Assembly: GCA_022072515.1 (NCBI GenBank)
Contig: JAJVHT010000069.1
Coordinates: 30,910 to 94,909, forward strand
Direction of reading: 5' to 3'
DNA from: a bacterium
Lineage (GTDB): Bacteria > Zhuqueibacterota > Zhuqueibacteria > Zhuqueibacterales > Zhuqueibacteraceae
Length of the DNA: 64,000 bases
A program made the position numbers and the translations under genes. A model generated the notes under the pieces. That model saw nothing but the letters and a program-made list of their open reading frames with translations. It had not been told where the DNA came from and did not search any database. This document shows positions 45,871-55,775 of this stretch, piece after piece. How positions within the stretch are numbered: the stretch's first letter is position 1; the number at the start of each line of letters is the position of its first letter.

Positions 45871-47232
45871 TCAAGCAACAGGTACAGGTTGCGTGGCATC
45901 GGCGCCGCGTGGCGAAACTGCCGGCGCTGCCGCAGGGTGTAATTCAGCGTTTGTAAATGTACCGCGCCGTAGCGCCGTACGCAGAAGCACGCCGATTTTT
46001 TCAATATTCCGAAGCGCGTCAAATTCACGCTCGACTTTGGCGCGCCCTGCCGCACCGAGCCGCCGGGCCAACTCCGGATGCCGCAGCAAAGACTCGAGCG
46101 CTACGGCCACCGCTGCAGAATTTTTTTCCGGCGTCAACAAGCCGCTGACACCGTGTTCCACCAATTCCGGAATGCCGGAAATCGCCGTGGAAACGACCGG
46201 AATGCCCATGGCCATGGCTTCCACCAAAACATTGGGAATGCCGTCACGGTCGCCGTCATTTTGCACTTCACAAGCCAGCGCAAAAACGTCCGCCCGCCGA
46301 TAATATGACCATAACTCGGTTTGCGACATTTGCGGCAACAGCGTGACCTGATTTTGCAAACCCAAGTCCATGATTAATTTTTCCAGCTCGTTTTTCAACG
46401 GCCCGCCGCCAATGAGATAACTCTGAAATTCTAATCCCGCCTGCCGCAGTTGCTGCAACGCCTGCACGAGCACGGGAAAACCTTTTTTCGGCACGAAACG
46501 TCCAATCGACAGAATAACCGGGCAAGCAGCGTTCGCTATTGGGGCGCGTTCCGGCTTGAATAATTCCAGATCGTTGCCATGGTAAACCCGGAACACTGGC
46601 GCGTCCGCGCCGGCAACACGCGCCAAATAAGCGCGGTTGAATTCTGTGCAGGTGACGACGAACTGCGCCCGGCGAATTTTTTCGCGCAAAAAATCGTGCT
46701 CCTGCAAATAAATATCTTTGGCATGCGCGCTGAAGCTGTAGCCCATGCCGGTCAACCAACTCGCGAAATAAGCCACCGTAGTCGGACCGTGGCTAAAGTG
46801 CGCATGCAAATGCGCGACATTCGTTCCCGGCAAACTTTTTTGCACGAGATACGCCGCCTGCGCAAAGCGTTTGATCGTGGATGAACTGCGCTGGCGCAGG
46901 CTGCGTCCCGAAGCAAAGCAAAACGCCCGCCAATAACAGCCCGGCCGATTCCACCACAAACGGAGATTGGCGCCGATAAACGAGAAAAAGAACCGCCAAA
47001 AATAATCCGGAATGTAAGTCACCTGAGCGCGCACCCGGCGCACGCTGTCATGCACCTTGCTCTCGCCGGGATTGCGCATGGCAAAGATGTGCAGCGGTTG
47101 GCCGAGTTGTTCGAGCAATAAAATCTCGTTGACAATGAACGTTTCGGAAAGGCGCGGATAGCCTTTCAGAATGAAACCGACTTTACTTGCCCCGCGGGGG
47201 CGGGAGTTGGGTTGCGCTTCGACAGGCGGCAT
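45871..47232 (-). CDS. Glycosyltransferase family 4 (WcaL-like)
   Basis: 453 aa. The N-terminus (KVGFILKGYPRLSETFIVNEILLLEQLG) is WcaL-like. The C-terminus (DGDRDGIPNVLVEAMAMGIPVVSTAISGIPELVEHGVSGLL) carries the GT4 Ex7E region. Confidence 0.8.
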   Translation of the reverse strand: MPPVEAQPNSRPRGASKVGFILKGYPRLSETFIVNEILLLEQLGQPLHIFAMRNPGESKVHDSVRRVRAQVTYIPDYFWRFFFSFIGANLRLWWNRPGCYWRAFCFASGRSLRQRSSSTIKRFAQAAYLVQKSLPGTNVAHLHAHFSHGPTTVAYFASWLTGMGYSFSAHAKDIYLQEHDFLREKIRRAQFVVTCTEFNRAYLARVAGADAPVFRVYHGNDLELFKPERAPIANAACPVILSIGRFVPKKGFPVLVQALQQLRQAGLEFQSYLIGGGPLKNELEKLIMDLGLQNQVTLLPQMSQTELWSYYRRADVFALACEVQNDGDRDGIPNVLVEAMAMGIPVVSTAISGIPELVEHGVSGLLTPEKNSAAVAVALESLLRHPELARRLGAAGRAKVEREFDALRNIEKIGVLLRTALRRGTFTNAELHPAAAPAVSPRGADATQPVPVA

Positions 47233-47424
47233 GATTGTACGAGCCGGATGTTAGTTCAAAAGTGATCGCTGTTACCGCGCATTTTTCATTATCGGAATTA
47301 TCGCGAAGAGTAAAATATTTTTCCGCGATTTTACTTTCGGCGGATAATCATTCAATATTAGTTTGGCGTATCTCGCAGAGAATGCCGGCGCCATCTGCTT
47401 GCCGGTTATTTATAGCACCGGGGC

Positions 47425-48627
47425 CTATGTTAATTCTGACACGCTATCATTCACGATTAAGGAAGCCACGCGGGAAGCGCCGCTTAAATCCGGCATTTGG
47501 GCTTCCGCAAAGCGCGGCGTTTTGCGCAAACGCTGCCAGATCAGCTCGGCAAAATTTTCCGGCGTCAGGCGCGTCGGATGGATCGTGCCGAACAGGCCAC
47601 GCGCGGCCATCAGACGCGAGCGCATGCTTTGTTCGGCGCTGGGACCGGCGCGGGGAACGACGATGGCGTTTTTGCGAAAATGCAGAATTTCGCTGATCGT
47701 GTTGTAGCCGGCCATCGAAATGACGAGATTGGCCCGCCGCAAAAAGCGCACACTGTCTTCGCCCATCCGGCTCACCGTGATCGGCAAGTTTTTGGTTTTG
47801 TGATGCAGCAGCTCACGTTGCTCTTTGCTCATAAACGGGCCGGTGGTGACGAACGCCTGGAACTTCAAATCGCTGCGCAACAAACGGGCAGCGTCGATAA
47901 ATTGATCCATAAAAAACGAGGCATCTGCGCCGCCGCCGCCGGTGACCAAAATAAACTTGCCGTCTTGCTTTGCGCGCCGCAATTTCTTTTTCGGCCCCGG
48001 CAGGGGCTCGACGTTTTCGCGGCAGACATAACCGCAATACTGCGCTTTGCCCAACAACGAGGCGGGAAATTCATATTGCGCGATCACATCGAACAAATCA
48101 GCGCAGCCGTAAATAAACACGGCGTCATAAAACGCATCGATGGCCTCAAAAGCGCCTTCCGTTTTCCATTGCCGGCGAATCACTTCCGGCGCCCCTAAAA
48201 TATCCCGAATGCCCAAAATCACTTTAGTATGCGGGCTGTGTTGCCGCAAAATTTGCAAAGGTTCGGCCAATTCACCCAATGCGCCATGCGGCATATGGTC
48301 CACCAAAAAAACGTCGGGCTGATAGCTGATGGCAACATTGCGAATAATGTCGGAGCGAATCGCCAATACCTCCCGCTCGCTCATGGGCAGCCGGTCCGGC
48401 CGCCAAACGCCGGTATCAACCTTGATGATAGTTGGGATCTTGATGAAATCACAATTGGACGGCAGTTTAAAGAAGGGGGCTACCGGGGAATCCGCGATAA
48501 TGAGACACGAAGCCTGGGTGCGGCGCTTCTTGATCTGCGTACAGATATTGAGGTTACGTCGCAAATGTCCCAAGCCGAAGCCGTCCTGGGAATAAATCAA
48601 AACCCTGGTTGCTGATCCGTGTGCCAT
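47425..48627 (-). CDS. GT-B glycosyltransferase, MurG/GT28-like (COG4671-type predicted glycosyltransferase)
   Basis: 400 aa. RVLIYSQDGFGLGHLRRNLNI at the N-terminus; VISMAGYNTISEILHFRKNAIVVPRAGPSAEQSMRSR resembles a GT28 C-terminal domain. Confidence 0.65.
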   Translation of the reverse strand: MAHGSATRVLIYSQDGFGLGHLRRNLNICTQIKKRRTQASCLIIADSPVAPFFKLPSNCDFIKIPTIIKVDTGVWRPDRLPMSEREVLAIRSDIIRNVAISYQPDVFLVDHMPHGALGELAEPLQILRQHSPHTKVILGIRDILGAPEVIRRQWKTEGAFEAIDAFYDAVFIYGCADLFDVIAQYEFPASLLGKAQYCGYVCRENVEPLPGPKKKLRRAKQDGKFILVTGGGGADASFFMDQFIDAARLLRSDLKFQAFVTTGPFMSKEQRELLHHKTKNLPITVSRMGEDSVRFLRRANLVISMAGYNTISEILHFRKNAIVVPRAGPSAEQSMRSRLMAARGLFGTIHPTRLTPENFAELIWQRLRKTPRFAEAQMPDLSGASRVASLIVNDSVSELT

Positions 48628-48735
48628 AAGCCGTCAAGTGCAAGTTGTAAACACGGTACATCAAATAAAGAATGCGGTTGACTCCTTGACAACCGCAGGT
48701 GGCCATGCGTCGAATGGGTGAGGCAGAAGAAATAA

Positions 48736-49959
48736 TTATGATGCAACTTTAAGCTCAACCGCTGGCGACGAGCCGCTGAGCGCTCGAATCCTTTCTGCAA
48801 GTTTTGCAAAGCCATCCAACGGAATGCCTTCATAAAACGGCTTCTGTGCCAAGCGCGGTCCGTTGAACAGCGTCTGGTTGATGAATTCCTGCAAAACGGC
48901 GGGGTGATACTCTTCCGGCGACACGAGCTTGAGCAAACCCAGCTCTTGCAATAAGCGCGCGCGGCAGAAATTCGCCGGTTGCTGCTTGAGGTTGGGAACC
49001 GCCAACGCGGCTTTACGATGCGCCAGAATTTCACAGATCAAATTATACTCGCCCGCGCCGATCACCAGACTGGCAAAGCGCACATATTGCAAAGTGTGCT
49101 TGCCAAACCGTTGAAACATCACATTGGGCAGCTTTTGCGCGCGCTGGGCAAAGCTGCGTTTTTCATGCGGGCCAATTGCCGGGCCCGCGACGACAAAACT
49201 TTGAAACGCGATACCGTCATTCTTTTTTTCCAAAAAGCGCAAATACGCGTCAATCATGGCGCTATCGCCGGCGCCGCCCGCCGAGCTTAACATCACCAAC
49301 GGCAAATTGCGGTTCATTTTCGCCACGTTTTCACTAACCTTGCGTGACGGCATGCTGAGACGCGCCAGATAGCCGGTATAAAAAATTTTGCCCGCGACCG
49401 CCGGCGGAAGCTGATACTTTTCGGCCAGATTAAAGACCCGCGACGCGCCATAAACAAAAATTTCATCCGCGCACTGCGTTAAGACCTCGAGAATATCGTT
49501 GCGGGCCCATTGTTGCATAACCCATTCCGGCGCCCCCAGCGTATCGGACAAACCCCAAATAATTTTAGCGGTTGCCAACTCATCCCGCACGCAATCCACG
49601 ATCCGCCGCATTTCATCCGGCTGCTCCAATAAGCTCTCATCCAGCATCACCACATCCGGGCGAAAAGTCTTAATGGCGCTCTGCGCAATCTTGCGGCGAA
49701 GGCGCAGCTTGTTATCATGCTCGATATTGAGGCCGCCGAACAACTGGCCTGCCTGATCTTTAACCTCAAGAACAGGAAGATGCACATAATCAACTCTCTC
49801 GGCCAACCGAAACCGGCCCACGGTCGATAGATCCGTCAGCACCAGAATCGAACAACCTTCCAATGCTTTGGAGAGGGAAGCCGCGATGTTGAGCGTGCGC
49901 GATGTCTGTCCCAATCCTCGGCTGTCATTACAATACATGAGTATGCGCAGCGAGGACAT
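48736..49959 (-). CDS. GT-B glycosyltransferase, MurG/GT28-like, paralog
   Basis: 407 aa. LRILMYCNDSRGLGQTSRTLNIA and VIGAGEYNLICEILAHRKAALAVP. Same architecture as 47425-48627. Confidence 0.6.
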   Translation of the reverse strand: MSSLRILMYCNDSRGLGQTSRTLNIAASLSKALEGCSILVLTDLSTVGRFRLAERVDYVHLPVLEVKDQAGQLFGGLNIEHDNKLRLRRKIAQSAIKTFRPDVVMLDESLLEQPDEMRRIVDCVRDELATAKIIWGLSDTLGAPEWVMQQWARNDILEVLTQCADEIFVYGASRVFNLAEKYQLPPAVAGKIFYTGYLARLSMPSRKVSENVAKMNRNLPLVMLSSAGGAGDSAMIDAYLRFLEKKNDGIAFQSFVVAGPAIGPHEKRSFAQRAQKLPNVMFQRFGKHTLQYVRFASLVIGAGEYNLICEILAHRKAALAVPNLKQQPANFCRARLLQELGLLKLVSPEEYHPAVLQEFINQTLFNGPRLAQKPFYEGIPLDGFAKLAERIRALSGSSPAVELKVAS

Positions 49960-50385
49960 ACGGCAAACCTTTAAAAAAAGAATTCACACGACCGGAGACA
50001 GGAATTTGACCAGCAACGGCAACCGGCCATTGCTCCAAACCCTAACCCAGCCAATGATTTATACGGACGCGTCATTTAAAATAAAAATGCCGCCGCCCTG
50101 ATCCGATAATAACCAAAGATGAAAAATCAAATGCTGTGACTTATCGGTGCTTCGTGTCTCGTCTGTTTAAAATTAATAAAGTGATGAGTGCTGGAGATTT
50201 TGGCGTGGTAACGAATACCCCTTTGTGCCAGCCCGAAATACCCTACACATCCCAAACAACGACAAACAATCGGGGAGACTCGCGCGCCAAAAAATTAAAA
50301 TGCGTTAAAAGATATAAAATCTCACGGTCGAAGTCAAGACTTTTTTTCCTCTTTTTAAAAATTGCCAATCACATTTGTTCACTAC

Positions 50386-50437
50386 AAAAAAAACCGGTCA
50401 CGAAAAATCCTTTTTTCGAGGGTTTCTCATGACCGGT
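50386..50437 (-). terminator. Candidate intrinsic terminator downstream of the efflux operon
   Basis: Minus-strand RNA: ACCGGUCA...UGACCGGU (8 bp) is stacked on an inner CGAAAAA/UUUUUCG stem with an 11-nt bulge, followed directly by a U run (plus-strand A run 50386-50392). It lies ~125 nt after the permease stop. Confidence 0.45.
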
Positions 50438-50559
50438 CAAATGGTCAAACCGTGTTGTAAAATGCCGCACTTGCTGCCCCAACCAGCCCGGCAAAGCCCG
50501 AAACGCGAATCTACAAATTGAGTTTTGCCATGAAAGTCAGGCGGTCGCCCAAAAAATTA

Positions 50560-51795
50560 TTACTCGAATCGCAATGCCGCAATCGGATCCATTTTGGCGG
50601 CCTGGCGCGCCGGATAGATCCCGAAAACAATTCCAACCAGAGCGGAGATACCGAAGGAAATCACCACGCTGAACAGTGAGATCACCGTTTCCCAACCGGC
50701 AAATAGATTGATGGCTTTCGCCATTACCACCCCGAGAATGATACCGATCGTGCCGCCGGTCACGCTGATCATAATCGTTTCATTGAGAAATTGGCCAAGA
50801 ATATCACGCTCGGTGGCGCCCAAGGCGCGGCGCGTCCCGATCTCTTTCGTGCGTTCGGTCACACTGGCCAGCATGATATTCATAATGCCAATGCCGCCAA
50901 CCAGCAGCGAAATTGCGGCAATCGAGCCCATGACAATATTGAATACGCGCTGCGTTTTTTGGCTCTGCGCCAACAGCTCGGCCGGAATGATAATTTCATA
51001 ATCATTCACGCCGTTGTGCGTGCGGTTCAGCAGCCGCTTGACCACTTCAGAAGTGGGAACGACTTGATCTTCTTTTTCAACTTGAATCGCAATCTCCTCG
51101 ACGGCATTGGGCCGGTCTTCGTCGGTGTAACGCTTCAAGGCCGTGGTGATGGGTATATAAACATCTTTATTGATATTACGCAGCTTGATCACCGAGGCCT
51201 TGCCCTCTTTGACCGTCTTGGCCTCCATCACGCCGATCACGACAAACCACGTGTCGCCAATTCTGATCCGGCGGCCAACCGGATTGCGATATCCGAACAA
51301 CTCGCTGCGAATTTCCGAACCGATCACACAAACGCGCTTGGCCTCCGCCACATCCAGCGCGCCGATGAAACGGCCCTCGCTCGGATGAAAATTGGTCACC
51401 CATTGGTACGTTTCGTCGGTGCCGACGACGCGGCCATTGGATTCCTTATTGCCCAACATAATTTCCGTTTCCACAAAACGCACAGGCGTCACGCCTTTGA
51501 CGCTGGGCAAATTCTCACGAATCAATTGGCCGTCGCGATACGTCAAACCACGGGAGTTCTTTTGCTCTGCCTCTTCAGCTTGTTCGCCGGTCAGCTTCAA
51601 CTGATTGACGCGAATATTATTGGTTCCCAGCAGTTTGATCTGTTCCACGGCCTCACGCTTGGCACCTTCTCCGATCGACAGCATTGAAATGACGGCTGCC
51701 ACGCCGAAAATCACGCCGAGGGTCGTTAAAAACGACCGCAGCTTGTGAACCAATATGCTTTTGATGCCGATGCGTAAGTTTTCCGAAAATTGCAT
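50560..51795 (-). CDS. ABC transporter permease, MacB/FtsX family
   Basis: 411 aa. N-terminal TM (LRSFLTTLGVIFGVAAVISMLSIGEG), a large periplasmic domain, then three C-terminal TMs with ERTKEIGTRRALGA. Confidence 0.9.
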   Translation of the reverse strand: MQFSENLRIGIKSILVHKLRSFLTTLGVIFGVAAVISMLSIGEGAKREAVEQIKLLGTNNIRVNQLKLTGEQAEEAEQKNSRGLTYRDGQLIRENLPSVKGVTPVRFVETEIMLGNKESNGRVVGTDETYQWVTNFHPSEGRFIGALDVAEAKRVCVIGSEIRSELFGYRNPVGRRIRIGDTWFVVIGVMEAKTVKEGKASVIKLRNINKDVYIPITTALKRYTDEDRPNAVEEIAIQVEKEDQVVPTSEVVKRLLNRTHNGVNDYEIIIPAELLAQSQKTQRVFNIVMGSIAAISLLVGGIGIMNIMLASVTERTKEIGTRRALGATERDILGQFLNETIMISVTGGTIGIILGVVMAKAINLFAGWETVISLFSVVISFGISALVGIVFGIYPARQAAKMDPIAALRFE

Positions 51796-51975
51796 GGTGT
51801 CAACCTCGATGAATAAGCGCCTCGCTGCACCGACACGCTTAGTTGTACTGTCATTCCAGCAGGTTCGCGCAAAATGAAATGGTCAGGATTTATCCGGCGT
51901 AGAAGTAAATATGTACAACGCAATCTCGCAATCAACCGGTGGCGAGAAATCGTTTCAAGATTTATGTCTTGCGTC

Positions 51976-52701
51976 TCACGCTTCCGGCATTTCTTGAAAT
52001 AAATCTTTCAACTGTTGAATCTCTTTGCCCACAAGCTGACGCAAAATTTTCCCGTCTTGCATGTGAATAAGCCGGCGCGCCCATTTGGCTTTGTTCATTT
52101 CGTGGGTCACCAAAACGACGGTCGTGCCCTTCGCGTTCAAACCTTGCAAAATTTCCATGATTTCGTGGCCGGTTTTGGTGTCGAGGTTGCCTGTCGGTTC
52201 ATCCGCGAAAATAATCTGCGGCTTGGTTACCAGGGCGCGCGCAATCGCCACCCGCTGGTTCTCGCCGCCGGAAAGCTCATTGGGACGGTGATTGGGGCGG
52301 TGTCCCAGGCCGACGGCCTTCAACATTTCGAGGCAGAGCTCCCGCCTTTGTGCCCGCTCGATGCCCATGTAAATCAACGGCACTTCGACATTTTCCACGA
52401 CGGTAAGCTGCATAATTAAATTGAAGGCTTGAAACACAAAACCGACTTTACGATTGCGCAGGCGGGACAACTCCACGTCGTCAAGCTTCTCCACCGGCGT
52501 GCCATCAAGCGAGTAGGTGCCGCCGGAAGGTCGATCCAAACAGCCCAGCAAATGCATGAGCGTGGACTTGCCGGAGCCTGACGGCCCCATGATCGCCAGG
52601 AATTCACCTTTCTCGACATTCAAAGAGACGCCGCGCAGCGCTTTCACTACCGTCTCACCCATCACATATTCCCGCCGCAGCTCTTTTACCTCAACCAGCA
52701 T
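51976..52701 (-). CDS. ABC transporter ATP-binding protein (MacB/LolD-type)
   Basis: [44 protein letters not shown] 52701 is preceded by AAGGAG; the track start 52704 is TTG. Confidence 0.9.
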   Translation of the reverse strand: MLVEVKELRREYVMGETVVKALRGVSLNVEKGEFLAIMGPSGSGKSTLMHLLGCLDRPSGGTYSLDGTPVEKLDDVELSRLRNRKVGFVFQAFNLIMQLTVVENVEVPLIYMGIERAQRRELCLEMLKAVGLGHRPNHRPNELSGGENQRVAIARALVTKPQIIFADEPTGNLDTKTGHEIMEILQGLNAKGTTVVLVTHEMNKAKWARRLIHMQDGKILRQLVGKEIQQLKDLFQEMPEA

Positions 52702-52752
52702 CAATTTCTCCTTACGGAATTTTATTCCGCCTTAAATTTCCCGTCTTGCCAA

Positions 52753-53982
52753 TCAAAGCGAGGAGGGCCGGCCGAGCAGCACCTCGTCGCCTGCTGCCAA
52801 ACCATCTTTCACCACGGCAACCCGGTCGTTGCTTTCAACGATATGAATACGCCGAACGTCAACACCGCCGCGCCTTTTCACATAGGCAATGGTTTGATCC
52901 TGATCATCCAAAAAAACGGCCTCCAAGGGAATGCTCAATACGTTTTCATGCTGGCCGACAATGATATCCAACGTCGCCGTCAATCCCGGTTTCAGGCGTT
53001 TATCTTGATCGAGCACCTGAATCGTGACGTCAAAAACTTTGGCGCCAGTGGCTTTGCCGGTCACCCGGCTGATCTTGCGTTTGGCCAGGTCTGCAATATA
53101 AGTGACTTGCCCCTTGAACACGGCATTGTCATAAGCATCCAATCGAATTTCCACCGGTATTCCATTGTTGACCCGGGCAAGATCAACTTCGCTGATTTCG
53201 GTGTCCACCATCATGGAAGAAATATCCGGCAAATACATCAGCTCCTGGCCTTCAAAGGGAATCATGCCGACGTTGATTTTTTTCTGATTCTCCACGTCGC
53301 CGGTCATCGCATAGACCACCAAACCGGCACGTGGCGCCAGCACCGCGCCCTGCCGCAGTTTTCGTTCTTGTTGTTCCAAGCCGCGCTGCGCCCGCTGCAC
53401 GTTGGCTTGCGCAGCGTTTAAAGCCGCTTTGAGCGAGCGCGCTTTTGACTTCAATTCCAGATAAGCCAGCTCCGCCTGTTCGACCTCGCTTTGCTGAATG
53501 AAACCCTTTTTAACGAGATCCGGCAATGTTTCGAGATTTTTTTTCGCGGATTGTTCCCGGGCCTCCAGCGCTTCCAAATCGCTTTCCGCGCGCACCAAAT
53601 CGGACTGCGCCACCAACACTCCGGACTCGGCTTCGCCTTTGGAGATGATATATTTCTCCGATTCATAGCGGATCAACGTATCCCCTTCCTCAACCGTCGT
53701 GCCTTCCGGCACCAGCCACAGAATTTGTTTATCCGTTTCCGCACTAATCACCACCTGGTCTTGCGCCCGCAACTCGCCGGTCTCGCTGATTTTAATGGTC
53801 ACATGCCCTTGCTTGACCCGGGCGATTGGGATCGACGTATCATCCGTCTCGGATATCAACAGCGAGCTGCTGAGGGCAAGCAGCAATACGACACCCGCAG
53901 CGCCCAAGAACAGCATTTTACGCCGGCTGGGAGTGGAAAAAATTTTTTTAATGCCGCCCTGCAAATTTTGCGATGCTTTCAT
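52753..53982 (-). CDS. Periplasmic adaptor (membrane fusion protein, HlyD/MacA-like)
   Basis: 409 aa. An N-terminal anchor, a long coiled-coil region (AESDLEALEAREQSAKKNLE...LKAALNAAQANVQRAQRGLEQQERKL) and a beta-barrel C-terminus. Confidence 0.85.
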   Translation of the reverse strand: MKASQNLQGGIKKIFSTPSRRKMLFLGAAGVVLLLALSSSLLISETDDTSIPIARVKQGHVTIKISETGELRAQDQVVISAETDKQILWLVPEGTTVEEGDTLIRYESEKYIISKGEAESGVLVAQSDLVRAESDLEALEAREQSAKKNLETLPDLVKKGFIQQSEVEQAELAYLELKSKARSLKAALNAAQANVQRAQRGLEQQERKLRQGAVLAPRAGLVVYAMTGDVENQKKINVGMIPFEGQELMYLPDISSMMVDTEISEVDLARVNNGIPVEIRLDAYDNAVFKGQVTYIADLAKRKISRVTGKATGAKVFDVTIQVLDQDKRLKPGLTATLDIIVGQHENVLSIPLEAVFLDDQDQTIAYVKRRGGVDVRRIHIVESNDRVAVVKDGLAAGDEVLLGRPSSL

Positions 53983-54020
53983 AAATTCACCTGATATGGA
54001 TTCGCCTGCAATGTCCCGAC

Positions 54021-55619
54021 TTATGGCGCGATCGGCCGGCCGACCAAACTTTCCAACAAAGCCAATTGCGTATGATAATCGACCAACTTACGGAGATACC
54101 CATTTTGCGCCTTGAGCAAAAACTCTTGTGCGTCGGTGATGTCGAAATTGGAGGCGCGGCCCAGATTGAACATGGTCGTGGCAAAGTCAAATTTATCCTG
54201 GGCAATGACAATACTGTGCTGAATCGCTTTAATCTGTTCGGCAGCGCTGTAAACACCGCGCACGATATCGCGCACATCAATCATCGTTTGGCGCTGCACT
54301 TCAAGCAGCCGGAGCTCCTGTTGGGTAACCGCGATCTCTGCGTCTTCGGCTTTCGCGGCAGCTTCCCGATTTAAAAAGGGATAACTTAGGTTTAAACTTG
54401 CTTGCCAACCGCCGCTCCGGTTCAAATCGCGATTGCTGACCAAGCTCCTTCTGGCGTCAGCAGAATAAGAGGCAACCAGGTCGAGCTGCGGTAACAACGA
54501 ATTCTTGGCGAGGCTCCGCTGCAAGCGGCTGCGGCTAATTCCAATTTCAGCGCTGTGAATGAGCGGATTATTCTCCAAAGCCTCCCGCACGAGCGCCGGC
54601 TCGTCAAGCACGATCGGGCTATAGCTCAAGTCAGTGGCATCCAGCTCGATGACCATGTCGATCGGCAGTCCCATCGCATCCTTGAGATTATCAAGCGCCA
54701 ACTGATAGTCGCTTTGGCTGGCCAGCAAGGAGGCTTTGTCATCGGCAAAACGAATTTCTGCGCTCAACACATCGCGCCGTGTCGCGAGCTTGGCGACGGT
54801 GAGCGCCTTCGACGCCTCCACCAAAACCGAATCTTTAATAAAAGCCGATTCGTTCACTTTGACGATGGCGCGTTGCTGCAAGGCAACAAAATAAACGCGC
54901 TTGACCACGAAGACCGTTTGCAGTTTACGGTTCAACAGGTTTCTCTCTTCAATCCGTTGATCATAACCGGTACCGAGAAAAGAGCTGCGCGCCACTGTCG
55001 TTCCGGCGTCGCGCAACAAAGGCTGGTTCAGGCTAAAGGCATAGCCGCGATCCCGGTTTTTAATCGTGGGATTTTCAAAAGGATACTGTACGGAGCGCGC
55101 CAAATCACTGGAAAATTGCACTGTCGCGCCGGTCGGCAGAAAAAGCTGGGCCTTACCGGCGATGTTGGTGTTATTAGAAAAATCCTTTTCGACGATATTA
55201 ACCAACACATTGGTGGAATCATCGATCTCGACTTCGTCTAATGTAAAGGATTTGTCGAGCGTATTCGCCCTCGTGCCGTCGATGCTGAAAACCGGCAAAA
55301 ACCTGCCATAGCTCCCCGCATGCTGGGCTGCCGCGCGGTCAAACTCACCTTGTGAAATGCGCAACGCAATGTTCTGCGACAGCGCAATGCGGATGCAGTC
55401 GTTCAGTGTCAGTGGTTTTTGCACGGCGGCCTTGATTTCTGCATCCGTATACGGCTGATAATAAAAATCGCGCGCTTTTTCGCGCCCGTTGTCGCCGGCA
55501 CGAACGGAACAGGCCACAAGCAGAAAAAGCATCGCCATGCGCTTGCCGGCCGGCTGCCATTTTCTGGGTATGCCAAACCACCGCGGTCGAAAGGTACTCA
55601 TGGAGATCATAGTTGTCAA
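54021..55619 (-). CDS. TolC-family outer membrane efflux protein
   Basis: 532 aa, with two repeats of the OEP pattern (LTLNDCIRIALSQNIALR...; ALENNPLIHSAEIGISRSRLQ...). The track start is TTG. In-frame ATGs lie downstream, so the exact start is uncertain. Confidence 0.8.
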   Translation of the reverse strand: MTTMISMSTFRPRWFGIPRKWQPAGKRMAMLFLLVACSVRAGDNGREKARDFYYQPYTDAEIKAAVQKPLTLNDCIRIALSQNIALRISQGEFDRAAAQHAGSYGRFLPVFSIDGTRANTLDKSFTLDEVEIDDSTNVLVNIVEKDFSNNTNIAGKAQLFLPTGATVQFSSDLARSVQYPFENPTIKNRDRGYAFSLNQPLLRDAGTTVARSSFLGTGYDQRIEERNLLNRKLQTVFVVKRVYFVALQQRAIVKVNESAFIKDSVLVEASKALTVAKLATRRDVLSAEIRFADDKASLLASQSDYQLALDNLKDAMGLPIDMVIELDATDLSYSPIVLDEPALVREALENNPLIHSAEIGISRSRLQRSLAKNSLLPQLDLVASYSADARRSLVSNRDLNRSGGWQASLNLSYPFLNREAAAKAEDAEIAVTQQELRLLEVQRQTMIDVRDIVRGVYSAAEQIKAIQHSIVIAQDKFDFATTMFNLGRASNFDITDAQEFLLKAQNGYLRKLVDYHTQLALLESLVGRPIAP

Positions 55620-55662
55620 TACCTCGGTGTAACTAACAAAGCGGAGCGTTCATTATTTTATT

Positions 55663-55772
55663 GCACCTATTCAGCTATTTTACCGCCCGGGCAGTTATTT
55701 TGGAGATGTGTTATATCGCGCCATTTATTTTTGCACACAGATTTGAGCGCCCGGGCGGTACTGAACAGTTAC
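55663..55772 (+). repeat. Palindromic ~110-nt repeat, copy 2
   Basis: gcacctattcagctattttaccgcccgggc ... gcgcccgggcggtactgaacagttac. By eye about nine-tenths identical to copy 1. It ends 3 nt from the stop of the DUF5666-like gene. Confidence 0.85.
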
Positions 55773-55775
55773 ATT

